A stretch of 63,966 nucleotides of DNA, counting the filler, from Basidiobolus ranarum (taxonomy: Eukaryota), in NCBI GenBank assembly GCA_040143965.1. It is 10 parts of 10 records of this genome, joined end to end, with 100 filler letters (N's around TTAATTAATTAA, not from the genome) between each part and the next. Parts side by side here need not be neighbours in the genome. Positions count along the whole stretch, not along the records: positions 25,678 to 31,990 come from JASJQH010008222.1; positions 32,091 to 38,395 come from JASJQH010008223.1; positions 38,496 to 44,795 come from JASJQH010008224.1; 7 more parts are not named here. The stretch is one strand, 5' to 3'. The notes under the pieces are model-generated. The model was given only the letters and a program-made list of their open reading frames with translations, searched no databases and had not been told where the DNA came from. Within the stretch, counting starts at the first letter, position 1. Every line of letters begins with the position of its first letter. This document shows, one piece after another, positions 25,765 to 39,369 of this stretch. The translations under genes and the position numbers were made by a program.

Positions 25765-28700
25765 GTTGACTAGAATATAGTGCTCAATAGGTACGGCGGA
25801 TTCTAGGTTGGATAATCTTCCAAGTATACAATAAAGAACGAATGTCAAAGTTTCACTAAATCTATATAACACTGAGATTGGGATGTTGAGTGTGAAAGAG
25901 AGGCGATCAACAGCCAAATGACTAATGGCAGTGCGGATTAGTAATAGTATTACAAGCGTCGAAACAAGCCAGGCGTGGATTGATTCAAGAGAAAGAGGAT
26001 CAAGAGCTTTTATATAGAATTGGGATCGGACGCGGATTAAAATTCACTTTATTTCTCTGGTTGGATTCCTTACCAACAATATTACACACCATATATAGCA
26101 ATTTCCATCATTTGAACCCTCTTCCGAATCTTGATTGCTAACTTTCTCTTAGTCTTTGTTCCAAGTCATAAAAAGTTAACTTTAGGGATGAATACCAGAG
26201 AATGGCCATGGCTAATTTAGAACTTTAAACACTTTTACTCATTAAACAATTTTGACTCGGTTACTAGCCAAGCAACGGACCGATAAGGGTCCAATTCTTC
26301 CATTCACAATTTCTCCAAAATGGGAAATTGACGAATAATATATTCCGCAAGGGATCAATCCAAGCCGACAGAACCTAAAACCAAGCGGTAAGTCACGAGA
26401 GAGAGATAGTATAACGTAGGGAAACTTTACTTGGTGACTTGTGGTTGGTTAAACCTGGAGTAATTATTCTTTCCATTAATTACCTCTTCAACTAAAATAT
26501 CCGAAACTGCCAAAACTTATTTTCCTTGTAATATTACTTAATGCCAAGAGAATGGGTTTTAGTTTACTAATTAAAATTGGAATATACATCCGTTGTATTA
26601 GATTAGATGCTCTATCTACCTATGCAATAGAATGCATAGATCTATATACAACGAGCTAGTGCCCCAAGGCTATGGAGAGATCCAACTCTTGAGATTAGTG
26701 ATGAGAGCCGGTCAATTCCGGGATATTATACACTATAGCACATACTATCCTCATTACGACGGTACATCTCCGAAAAAAGTGAATTTGCTAGCCTGATGAA
26801 TAAGCCCAATTGCAAGATGTCTACTCACTGAGAGATTGGTACTATTTGGTTTAGCAAACCAATTGGGACCTCATCATCCCTAAGACAAGCAAGGCATGTA
26901 GAAGTATCAATTGCATTGCAAGAACAGTAAGTGATAAAGACAAGCTCCTTAGTCATTGGAACAGGTAGGCAAGGGTCTACGGTAGAGCAACAATGCGACG
27001 GCAGGTTTCTTGCCTTGTGGATCAAAAGCAACCGGCATTTCCGAATGACCTCGCTACCAAATCCAAAACAGGCATTTACAAAAGCTAGTTTCTTAAAAAG
27101 GACAGAATTACTACTCGGTCACTTTACAATTGGGGCTGATAGTTATTTGCAAATCTCAGCCTGTTCAAATGATGTGATGTTACATTAGAGCATAAAATAG
27201 TGTTATACTCTCCAACTCCCTGCCTTATCGGACAGTATCGAGGCTGATGACTACACGCGCTATCTGAGTAGGAAACACAGAAATAATCAACACGTTGTCA
27301 CCTAATATGGTGAATTAATTTCAGAACCCTGCTCCTGCTTAAAGTGATGGTGGTTCGGCTGAGTACATGAATATCTATATTTCCCTGCATTGTAGTTGAA
27401 TTGACAGATGTTTTGAGGCTAACTCTGATATTCAAAACTTGGCCCACGTTTGCGCAAAGTTGATTACTTTTGGGTTGGCGGATTATATTGCGGCTGTACT
27501 ACGGATATCCGGTTAGAGTAAATTAAATCACCACTGTAGCACTTGGCGAACTAGTCATTTTTAAAATAGATTCAATCGAATGTCGCTTGGCCATAAAACA
27601 ATCTCCGGTTTTCTTTTTCAGAATCTCCATTTCAAAAACATCCCCTACCACACCATAAATTCCACTATTATTTTTTCAGACATGGAGACTATGAGGCGTA
27701 AATGTAGTGGGCTTATTTATCTCAAACATTGGTCCCAATTCGTATATTTTGTACACTAATCTAGATATATTTTTAAGTTCGTTATTGAAGAGAAATGGAT
27801 GATTTAAAAGAAACCCTTCGTCAGGAGCCAATTGGATAAACTCTATATGTACATCTCAAAGGAGTACAGAAATGTCATATTATGGTGGAGTAGGAATAGC
27901 TTCTAATTTGTAGTAGGCTAGGGAGAAAACGCCGAAAATATCCAGTAATCAAGAAATAGTATTTCTTGGTGCTCACAAGGTAAACACGTCTATCCGCAAT
28001 ATTTGTTAGTGGAGGATTTAGTAAGTGCCCCCAAAACTTGTTAATGTGACACTCGATAGTGTTTAATTAGACACATGAAACGTTTCTATAATTGGCAACC
28101 AGGTGGCATTAATGCTTACTCCACCCGCTTCCTACCAAACAGACAGAAATCGAGAGGATTCGTTCGCAGCGGTATAAATATCATATCTCTCTTTCGTCAT
28201 GTTGTCGGTTGAGTTAGGATTATATTTGGCTACATGTATCCAAGTCAATATTACACAAGACACCTACAATCTTCAACATCTGGCAAGCAATGATCATGAG
28301 CCCGATTCATCCCCGAATTTTTCTTCAATTGCTAATGTTAGAGAGTTGGAGTGAATTGCAGTTAAAGTTGCAACTCTTACTATATCAAGTGGGACAAACA
28401 AAATCTACTCATCGTTCAGCTATTTTTATCATTTCAATTTAACATTCTGATTGACACTTACCATATCAAGATATATGTAGTAGACGGAAAATTAGTAATG
28501 AGCTTTGGGTTGGAAACTTGGGTTAAATCCAATGGAGGATTGAAATCTGACACCTCTTACCAAGCTATGCCGTACTGAGCGGTAATACGATATTTCAAGC
28601 CATTTTCGCATATCTTCATTAAGTCAAACCGGTTGTGAGATGTTTCCGTCATCACCTTGGCGCTTTGCTTCGACGACGGGACATGATTCTACAACCGGCG

Positions 28701-29719
28701 TTTAAATCAAGCTACTATGTTCAGCCACATCGAAATTACTACTCGATCATCTTGCATTTTAACGCGGATAGAGGAATCACGGCCAACTACGGATTACACA
28801 AATACTGGGACAAGTTATAAGCTGACATGCAGAACCTAAACCCCTGTCTATAGAATAATTACGCTCAGATAGAGTTACTACTGTAATTAGCAATCCACAT
28901 ACGTTTACTTTACGCTTTGGTTATGAGAGTGTGCGTGGTAGATTAGCCAAACTAATCTCTTGCCCCTTGTATGATCTAGGCATAGTGAGAGTGTCTAATC
29001 ATTTCATCCCTACAAAGCCTACACAATGAACCACAAATCTACGGATATTAGTAACAGCCGTGGCAATGAGGTGCGGGTGAGGGATAAATATATATACCTT
29101 CCCGAAGATCAACTAGTTATTGATACTTGAATCGGAAATGTAGATTAGCTCTTACATCATCCTATGCATATGATAACCATTACACTTGATAGGGATTCAG
29201 GGAAATGATGAACCCGTGAAATCTAGGTTCTTGTCACTTCCGATACTCTAACCTTACAATCTAAAGGATTTTTGTAAATGATTCTCCAATTGGTAACCGC
29301 GGGATGTTGCGAGATTTGGCAGTGATGACATCACTCCCAATTACATCCGAAAGCACGATCCCGTTTGCTTGTCCGATCTCGTAACTAATCATTACTATTG
29401 TGGATTGAACAACAGGTGTGAAAGTAAATCCGATTGCTCTTCTTTGTCTAGGATAGTATGCCAAACATAAGGAATAATAGTGTCAGTGAACCAACACTGA
29501 TGGCTTTAATAATAATAATAATAATAAAACAGAGTAGAGTAGTAGTCAAGGCGTAGTAGGTGTCATATAAACAATGGCTTAAAGCCGCCACATAGCTAAG
29601 CTACGTATCATGTCTACAAATATCGTACTTTGAAAGATACGAATTGGTTTAACGAATTCGTTAATTCTAAATTGGATGTTTCCATTCTAATACATAGTGA
29701 CCTGATGGAAGAGGTCACA

Positions 29720-31201
29720 CTAGTTACTACTGTTAAGGTCGAGAGAATTGTTATACACCCAGGCACCATTGTCGCATGCTTTGTTGGCTTTTGTGTTTCC
29801 TTCCACAGGGTCACTAACAAAATGAAATAGCTGTAGATTGAATTCTTCACCCTTGTTTGTACGCTCTTTCACAAGGAGGCGCTGAGCGTTTTCAACCTCA
29901 TTTTTGTAATTGGTTGCTTCTCCGTAAGCTTGCCTTTGAATAGCTTCAGCGACCTTTTCCCAAACTTTTCTGGATTCGTTGGCATTTTGCTCCTCGATAG
30001 GGGCTACAATGTATTTGGCTGGAGGATTGGTACTGGTATTGAGAAAGATTTCGGATTTGCCTGTGGCAGTATTTGTGATAGTCGATTCGGCCATCCATTT
30101 GCCATCCACTTTGTAAAGAGTATTCTCTGGCTCATCTTTGTGATAAATGTTGCCAATAAACTTATGGTATTTTCCACCAAACCAGGGCTTTCCGAGAAAG
30201 TCAAACTCTGTGACATACCCATTGGAACATTCAATACTAGTAGGACCCACAATTTCGATGAATGGATTTCCAGTTATAAGAGACCTAATGTAAAGATTAG
30301 GAAAACTAACGACATAGGTGTCGTCGCCTTTGGTATGACGAACTGTTGCTCTACCGGGTTGAATAATCTAATGAAGAGCTCGTTCAATATACATTATCGA
30401 TAAAATATGATCAATCTTTAGAGTCTTACCTGAACAGATGTACCCTTGAATTTAGATTTTTGACCAACTATGTATGGAGTGTTAGAATGTCAATTATGGT
30501 TCAAATAGTATTAATAAAGTTAAATCCCTACAATGTCCGTTGATATAAACTCCAGCTTTTTTGTTTTCGATATAGAAAGCGGAAATCGGAGGATGATGAC
30601 TTACTATAGAGGATGACTTTAGTTTTCCAACACTAGTCGGTTAGAGGAGGATTAGAGACTAACCTTGTTCACAGACTAAATTAGCTTCACCACAGCCATT
30701 AACATCATCCCATTTACAGAAGAATTGCTCCCCGAGGATGGGATTGAATGGTTTTTTTCCAGAAGAACCGACGCATCCGGCAAAATAACTACCATATAAC
30801 GTAGATATAAACCAACGAGCAACAGCGACCATACGTTCTAAAATAAATGTAAGTAAGACAACCGCAAGATATACATCTCATTTTGAATATATGTACCAGC
30901 AGGATCTTCCGGCTCTGAAATAGCAGCAACTAGTTCTGGGTGGTCACCCCAGTAAGTACTGGATAGAAGTAGATTTGTTAGTTTTCAAAAAGAAATCACT
31001 GGAGGTCTTGTAATTGAACAGAGTAACCAACCTATACTCTAACAGAGAAACGCCGTTCAACAGGAAAGAAGGGCAAGTAAGAGCAGATAGATCTCCAGTG
31101 AATGAAGCAAGATCTTTCAAAAATGACAGAAACACATTTTTATGTTGAGGAGCAATGGTGGAATCAGCTTTACTTTCGTTTTTGTTGGTTTTCCCACCCA
31201 T
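29720..31201 (-). CDS. KES1: Oxysterol-binding protein, short ORD-only Kes1/Osh4 type, multi-exon
   Basis: FLKDLASFTGDLSALTCPSFLL, KKPFNPILGEQF, EQ|VSHHPPISAF, FLGKPWFGG and ESRKVWEKVAEAI..ATNYKNEVENAQR, with several GT-AG introns between 31031 and 30400. Confidence 0.92.
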
Positions 31202-31879
31202 ATTTTATGCTGTAGTCTAAAGGGAAGTATGAGGACAGGAAAGAGTGAAGTCTGAAGAAGTTATCGATGCTTTGAGTGGATTAAGAACACATTTGCTTTA
31301 TGGGTGAGCTAACACTTTAGAACCGTATCTAATTGGCTGAACAGTTCAATGGCAAGATGATTGGTTATGACGGATATAATTGTTCAAGCTAAGGCAAACA
31401 GGAAGGTAGTTTTATCCAAGCAATGGACTGCTTCGGAGGTCATATTTCAGTATAAATAATCTAGGCAAATATATTAGTAATTACTCAACACTAGACTTCG
31501 ATCACGGTAAAATGGCCTTGTGATTGACCAACGTGTAATACTAGTAATTTTGGATATCTAATCTAAATTTGGAAATTAAGCAGCATATGGTCCGACATGA
31601 ATAGCAGTAACGAAGTACAAATCTATAGGAATCTACACTTCGAGCATCTTTTTTTTTACGCAATGCTATTTCTTAATATAGGTTTTCGGAAAATCATTCC
31701 CACAGGGAAATACAGCACAAGGGAAGATCTACCATTTGTATGTCCTCGGTATTGGATCATCTGATATGTCTAGCACACCCTCTGTCAGTTTGATATACCA
31801 ACTTGATACTGAACCCAAATTGAACACGCATAGGGAGCTAGGTCCTCTTTCCGAACTCTTTCTTCCCAATTCTTGGCTC

Positions 31880-31990
31880 ATGGAATTAAACTTTGCTACA
31901 GGAGCAAAAGTTTCATTGTAGTCCACTCCTTCCATTTGAGAGTATCCTTTAGCCACAAGTCTGGCTTTATATCTGTCTACAGATCCATCA
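31880..31990 (-). mobile_element. Ty1/Copia RT fragment
   Basis: [36 protein letters not shown] at the contig end. Confidence 0.9.
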
Positions 31991-32090
31991 NNNNNNNNNN
32001 NNNNNNNNNNNNNNNNNNNNNNNNNNNNNNNNNNTTAATTAATTAANNNNNNNNNNNNNNNNNNNNNNNNNNNNNNNNNNNNNNNNNNNN

Positions 32091-34770
32091 CTATTCCAAG
32101 TTATAAAATTTTTTCATCAGGAGAGCCAGAGTGTTCCTGAGCTAGATCTACAGTTCCTCTCAAAAAACTGTATATTTGTGTACCTGTAGTTTTGTGCTCA
32201 GATCCTGGATTTTGGCAATAATGGCTGACAGTTCCCACTGCCACAACAATGTCTGGAAGTGTTCTGACCATTGTGCATGTTAAACTACCCACCATGGATT
32301 GATAAGCAAACTACTGGCTTTGAATTTAGTCATTATGGGCCTTGTTGTGTGATATTTTGCTTAATTTCACATGGGGATACATTAGTGCTAATTCAGGCAT
32401 TGTATTCTCCATGTTGAAGCAGTTTAGGATATCCTGGGTATATCTAGAATGACTCTCCATGATTTCCGGGTTAGGTTTATCTCTCTTGATTTGCTCATCC
32501 ATATCTGTCATCTGAAGCTATTTTGATAAGCTGCTTTTTGACTGATTAAGTGATTTAAGGTTGTCTCTGGTTATGATCAAGTAATCCCCATATAGTGACA
32601 AGACAAGGATCCTATTTCTGGTTGTTTTGATCTGAAAACTGTGATCTGCTGTGCATTTTTGCAAGTTCAGTTATTCCAAATAGATATCTATCTTGCTGTA
32701 CCATGCCCTGGGTGCTTACTTGAGTCCATATTGCAATTTTCCAGCTTACACACCATATCAGTGTGTTTCAGGTCAAAAAATCAATCTGGTTGCTCCCTAT
32801 AGATTTCTTCTTCTAGATTTCCATTCAGAAAGGCTGTTTTACATCTGTTTGATGTAAATCATGGCTATATATGGCTGAGAGGGCCAGGAGTGATCTAATG
32901 GAGTTAAAATTAGCTACTGGAGCAAAAGATTTTTCAACACAACTTCTGGAGCTGGGAGTAACCTCGTCAACTACTCTTGCTTTGTATCTTTCCATGGTTC
33001 CAGCAGCTTAATTTTGAATTCATAGACCCATTTGCAACCTACTGGCTCTCCCCCTAATGGTAGAGGACTTAAAACCCATATATTATTGGTATGAAATGAA
33101 CTAAAGTTATTAAACATTGCTCTTTCCAAAATTTTGATTCTGGACACTGCAGTGCTTGTTCCATAGTGTGTGCAACATCATAAACTGCTGCCTAAGCATC
33201 TACATCAACATAGGAAGAGTGCCACCAGTCCCTGGCTTATTTTTACTTCTGGATGCACTTGAAGCTTCAATATCATCCTCTGCTGCAATCGGGGATGGTA
33301 TTTTAATGAATGGGGATCAGCTGCACCCAGAGTTTGGTCAGACACTTCCTGTACAGTCCTGATTGTTTTTCTGGATCAAGAACTTTGATTAGGATTGAGA
33401 ATTTTGCTTTTTTATCTAAAAACAAATCTCTGCACTTATCTGACTTCTGATTTTTGGTAACAAGCAGTCTATAGACCTTAAATCCATAACAGTAACTAAG
33501 AAATATGCATTTTCAGCTTTAAGGTTCAATTTTGGAGTGTTTTGGAGCCATATTTACAAAAAATGCTGTGCAATTGAAGATCCTGATATGGTTCACACTT
33601 GGCTCTTATTTGGAAATATAGGCTGTTTGGAGGAACTTCAGATAAGTGGAGTTGTGAATAGCTGTGAGATAATTATTTGTTGTCCAGAAATGAAGCAATT
33701 AGACATTTTGGTGAGATACATACAACTAACACTGGGGTTGTGTTCAGAACATCTGTGGGTGTAAAATGAGCTATCTTTGGGGCAGTTTGGATGAGTTGGC
33801 AATTTCCAATATAGAATTGCTAATTCTCATGTTTCTCACATATGTATATATATTATATGCTCTGATTGCTGGTCAAGTATTTTTAACTAAATAATCTTAA
33901 CTAGCTTATATATTTATATATCAATTAGTTAGGTGTATAAAGAGAGCAATAACAAATATGATAAAGCTAATAAACTTTAACAGTTATGATCCCTATGGGA
34001 CATAGGGTACTCTGCCCAAGAGTGGTAATCTAACTTTTGATTGTGTAATATTGGTCTTGCCATAACCACTATGGTCCTGGTAGCATGTCATGCAACTCCA
34101 TTTTGATGTGGAATACAAGGAACAGTACTTTGTTGTTTACTTTCAATTTTAGAACAAAAACTAGCAAAGTCTTTAGAGCAGTTTTCTCTACCATTATCAC
34201 TCCTGATTACCATCTGTTTTGGTGCTCATTCTGTCTCTATCATTGATTTGTATTGTTGAACATAACAAATGCTTCAGATTGTGATTTTGGAAAGAATTCC
34301 CAAATATTTCTTGATTTGTCCTCAATCAAGATTGTAATGTATCTTTCACCAATAAGCAAGATGCTTTTTGTGGGCCTACATAACTCAAAATGAAGCAGCA
34401 CAAGATTTTGAGTGTATTTAATCTCTTCTAAGGTTGAAAATGGCCATCTTTGCTGCTTTCCATATGTTAAAACATCTCACAGATCCAATTTAGTGTTATC
34501 TTAGATTTCTAAGCCTGAAAGAAGCCGAGTTTAGATCATTTGGGTCAGGTATTGTTCCTCAATATGGCCTAATCTTCTATATCACATTTGACGGCTTTAT
34601 TCACTGGTTTTGGCCAAGTTTGCAATTTGTTGATTTCTAACTGGAATAAGTTTTGAGTTTTAATCATAGTAGTTAATTTAGCACTATTATAATCTGTGAT
34701 AGTGAATACAACCTTACTGAACACAAAAGGTTGTTTTCAAGTTCTTACTTGGCTTACTGGGAGTAGAGTC
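32091..34770 (-). mobile_element. Highly degenerate Ty1/Copia element Y (integrase to RT)
   Basis: Remnants GCKWV, RYKARVV, YGLK and VGSLTCTMVRTLPDI. Colinear with element X (34580-34770 resembles 37630-37837). Confidence 0.88.
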
Positions 34771-37700
34771 TGATAAAAGTGTTTAGGGGATTTTGAAATG
34801 TCTTGAACAAGATTTGGATTCATGAATCAGAGACTTGAGTTTTAGTGAATTGAATGTATCCAATATATAGTTACTATGAAATAGAACTATTTTACAGGCA
34901 TAGATGAATACAAACAAGCCTGCTAAGCATGGGTGAAAATTTCAAATGATTTGGACCAGATTTGAGAATATGGTGAAAATTGGCAAAAGTGATATAATAG
35001 AAATTTCTATCAATTTGAGCAATAAACACACATTTTGAATGACAGAATTGAGTACTAAATAATTAGATTACAAATAAACTAACTACTCAATCATGAGCTG
35101 CTATTTACCTAATTTGAACATTCCCACTCAACTTATTATTTTGTATTTCTCTTAAACCTAACTTGTATCATAATAATTCAAATTGTGCTTTAGCCAAAGG
35201 TTTGGTTAAGATGTCAGCAATCATTTCTTCAGTAGGGCAATAGACAAGTTCAATTATATCATTCTCTATTGCTTCTCTAACAAAAGGAAGCCCAATAGCT
35301 ATTTGTGTTGCTCTAGCATGAAATGTTGGGTTTTTAGCTAATGAAATAAAGCTTTGAAGATCTTCAAATACAGTAATAGCACATTTTTGCATTTATCCTA
35401 AGCCTGTATATAACTTCCTTAATCATATAGCTTCTTGTGTAGTAGCAGAGGCAGCCATATACTCCGCTTCTGTAGTGAAAGTGCTACTATTGGTTCCTTT
35501 TTACAATCCCAAATTAAGGCTCCACTACCATAGAGAAAAGTGTACCCAGTGTTTGATCTTCTATCATCAAGGCTTCTTCCTCAGTCTGCCTCACTGTAGC
35601 CTTCAAAAGTTTGTGCATCAGGAGTGCCAGAGTGTTCCAGAGCTAGATCTACAATTCCTCTCAAATATCTGAATATTAAATTTATTGCAGTTTTGTGCTC
35701 AGAGCCTAAATTCTGGAGATATTGGCAGGCAGTTCCCACTGCCACAGCAGTGTCTGGATGTGTTCCAACCATTGTATGCATTAAACTACCCACTATAGAT
35801 TGATATGGGAACTACTGGTTTTGATTTGAGTCATTTTGGGCCAAATTAGATGTAATTTTGATCAATTTCACACTGGGATCCATTGATGCTGATACAGGCT
35901 TGCTGTTCTTCATGTTGTAGTGTTTTAGAATATCTAGGATGTGCCTAGACTAATTCAGCATGAATTTATTATTCCAGTTGTTCTGATGCAAATACTATAA
36001 TCTGTCATGCATTTTTGGAATTCTGGTGATTCCAAATAGGCATCTATCTTGTTGTACTATGTCCTGGGTGCTTGCTTGAGTCTGTATAGCAGTTTTTGCA
36101 GCCTACAGACCATTACAGGGTGTTTTGGGTCAACAAATCCATCTTTTTGCTCCATATAGATGTCCTGTAGATTTCCATTCAGAGAGGCTATTTTTACATC
36201 CCTTTGATGTTAATCACAATTATGGATGGGTGAGAGTGCCAGGATTGATGAGATGGAGCTAAACTTAGCTACTGGAGCAACACTTTCATGTTAATTAACT
36301 CCTGGTGTCTGGAAAAAACCTTTTGCAACTAATCTTGCTTTGTATATTCCTACGGTTCCGTCAGCTTGGTTTTTGACTTCATAGACCCATTTGCAACCTG
36401 TTGGCTTCTCCTTGATGGTAGAGGAATCAAACCCTATTCTATTGTCCTGAAGTGAAGAAAACTCATCAGACTTTGCTCTTTCCCTTATTTTTGATTCTGG
36501 ACTTTCCAGAGCCTGATCTAGAGTATGTGGCTTGTAACATAATGCTGCATAAGCATATACATCATCATTGGAGGTGTACAACTAGTTTTTTAGCTTATTT
36601 CTCCTTCTGGATGATCTTCTAGGCTCTGAATCATCCTCTGATATATTGGGGTTAGAATTTTGGTTGAATAGAGCTCAGATACAGCTGGAATTGGTCAGAC
36701 ACTTCCTGAATAGTGCTGATGGTGTTTTCTGGATTGAGAACTGGGTTTTGAGGTAGAAAATATGCTTTTTCATTGAAAATCACTTCTTTGTACTGAATCA
36801 ACTTCTGATTGCTGGTATGAAACACTCTAGAGGCCACAGATCCATCACAGTAACAAGGAAATATGCATTTTTTGCATTTGGGCTCCAAATTAGAGCAGTT
36901 TTGAGCTGGAATTAGGCAATATGCTGTGCAACCAAAGATCCTGAGATGACTCACACTTGGTTTTGATGCATCTAGGGCTTCAAATGGAGTACAATCTTGT
37001 AGCAATTTTGTGGGGGATGTGTTTTTGATATAGATTGCAGTGGAGAAAGATACAGTGGAGTCAGATTCAGCCCAATATTGGTAATCTATCTTTTGATCAT
37101 ATAAAATTGATGTTGCCATCTCCACTATGGTCCTATGAGCAGGTTCTCTGGCTCCATTTTGCTGTGGAGTATAAGGTATTGTAGTTTGTTGCTTAATTCC
37201 ATGTTTAGAACAAAAAGTGGTAAAGTCTTTAGAGCAGTATTATCCAGCAATTATCACCTCTGAGTACCCTTATTGTTTGTGCTGATTCTTTCTCTACCAT
37301 TGCTTTGTAATACCTGAACACAGCTAAGGCTTCAGATTTTGATTTGAGAAATATTGCCCAAATGTCTTTTTTTGTCATCAATGAGGGTCATAAAGTGCCT
37401 TTTCCCACCTAGTAAGAGGTTCTTCATGAGCTCACAGAGATCAAAATGAATCAGGGCAAGATTCTGCGTAGATTTGATCACTCCAGGGCTTGAAAATGGC
37501 TGTGTGTGATGTTTTCCATATGTGCAGCCTTCACACAGATCCAATTTAGTGATATTTTCAATTTCTAAGCCTGAAACAAACTGATTTTGGATCAGTTGGG
37601 CCAGTTTTTGTTCCCCAATGTGGCCAAATCCTCAATGCCATGTTTGACGGCTTAATTCACTGGTTTGGCCAAGTTAGCATGCTCAGAATGCAATTTGTTG

Positions 37701-38395
37701 ATTTCTAGCTTTTATAAGTATTAGGTTTTGAGCCCAGTAGCTTATTTGATGTTACTCTGATTTGTGATAGTGCATCCAGCCTTACCAAACACAAAATTTA
37801 GTCCTTGAATTGTTACTTTGCTCACTAAGAGTAGATTCTTAGCTATATTAGGAACATAGAGTCCATCATCCAATTTTTCAGAGAGTGTAGCTGACTTTTT
37901 TGTTCTAAATTAAGCACATCTGGGCCCTTACCAACTGCATCTAGTAATAGTCATCATCCAAGTAGACTTTCCTTGCTTGGATTGGTTTCAAGCTGGAAAA
38001 CCAATCTCTCTTTTTTGACATATGCTGGAAAGCTCCTGAATCAACGTACCACATTTCCGAGTCTTCTTTAGTGGTTGCTGATAGGGCAGACACAAAAAGA
38101 TGATCCCTATCAGTTCTTACTTGATTTGCTTGTTCCAATTTTAGCTTTCCAGCAAAAAACCTTTTTCTGCTATCTTTCATTAAATGGCTTGGTTTCTTTC
38201 ATTACTTGCAGATGATTGATTTCCTATTAGGGGAACCTTTATTAAAGCCTGTTGGATGTCTTACAGCTCCAAAAAATGCCTGTTCTGCATTATTTTGCTG
38301 ACAATTAGATCTCCTTGATTCCTCATACAAAAGCATGGCACCTACATATTCCATTATTAATGGCTCTGATACTGATTCCAGAGCAATATTAAGGT
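34771..38395 (-). mobile_element. Degenerate Ty1/Copia element X (gag-PR-IN-RT-RNH) with PPT and a 350-bp 3' LTR (34771-35120)
   Basis: WYVDSGA (protease), CEGCTYGKHH and LIHFDLC (integrase), [26 protein letters not shown] and EMIADILTKPL. PPT GAGTGGGAA at 35129-35121, and the LTR has TG...CA ends. Confidence 0.92.
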
Positions 38396-39369
38396 NNNNN
38401 NNNNNNNNNNNNNNNNNNNNNNNNNNNNNNNNNNNNNNNTTAATTAATTAANNNNNNNNNNNNNNNNNNNNNNNNNNNNNNNNNNNNNNNNNNNNGGAAA
38501 AGTTGGACTATTTTGAGCGGACGAAAGTCTCTGTTGCCAGGAACACAGATACTACTTGGGATCATTAAGTGAGGGTTACTCAAGAGATTATTTGCTAGGT
38601 GTATTCAACCAATATCAGTTACTACAAATCAAAGTCGCTCACAAAAACTGACTTGGTAGCTGAGCTCAATAGCAATGGGTGATTTTGCGGAATGTATGCC
38701 CATTCTTTATAGCGTACTATTGCCATATTCGAGTGTGTTTTTCACAACGAGCCTTTTCATCTGATTGAAATATATACAATCCATCTCTAGCAAGTCATGA
38801 AGAAAGATGGTCACCAGAAATGCAAATAGGCAAAGCTTCGCAGCATTCCACACTAACTAAAGAGTGCAATGAACAAGTTTAAAGAGGAAGGTGATTGCTT
38901 CACCTATAGCCAGCAAAGTGAATGCCAGTGTGACCAAATCTTGATTGAGACCGTACTTGTGGAATAAGGGCTGGGGCCTAGAAGTCACTTCTTCCACAGG
39001 CACCTGTGCCAAATATTAGATTAATTTATGGTCATTGTGCCAATCTACTTTTCTCACCACAGCAGAACATTGGGCTGACCAGGCCCAGTTCATGTTATGA
39101 ATGGATTGAAATGAGGAGCATTTACATGTCCTCTACGTTCCAAGTCAGCTTTTCATTAACTTCATTAACCTGGACTGCAAATCAATACATACTCCACTAA
39201 ATTAAAGTAAATAAATATTCCATACATTAATGTCACTCGACACAAAGACATATTGGATAGTGAAGTAACTTCAGCATTTGATGGTCAGCTAATTATACTC
39301 TATAAGGAGTTACATCTAAATTCTTACAGATATGTGCATTGGATTGAATTATTAAGGGTTTGAGTAGAC

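Noticed and set aside
29507-29527. (TAA)7 microsatellite
   Set aside because: An ordinary short tandem repeat downstream of the Kes1-like gene.
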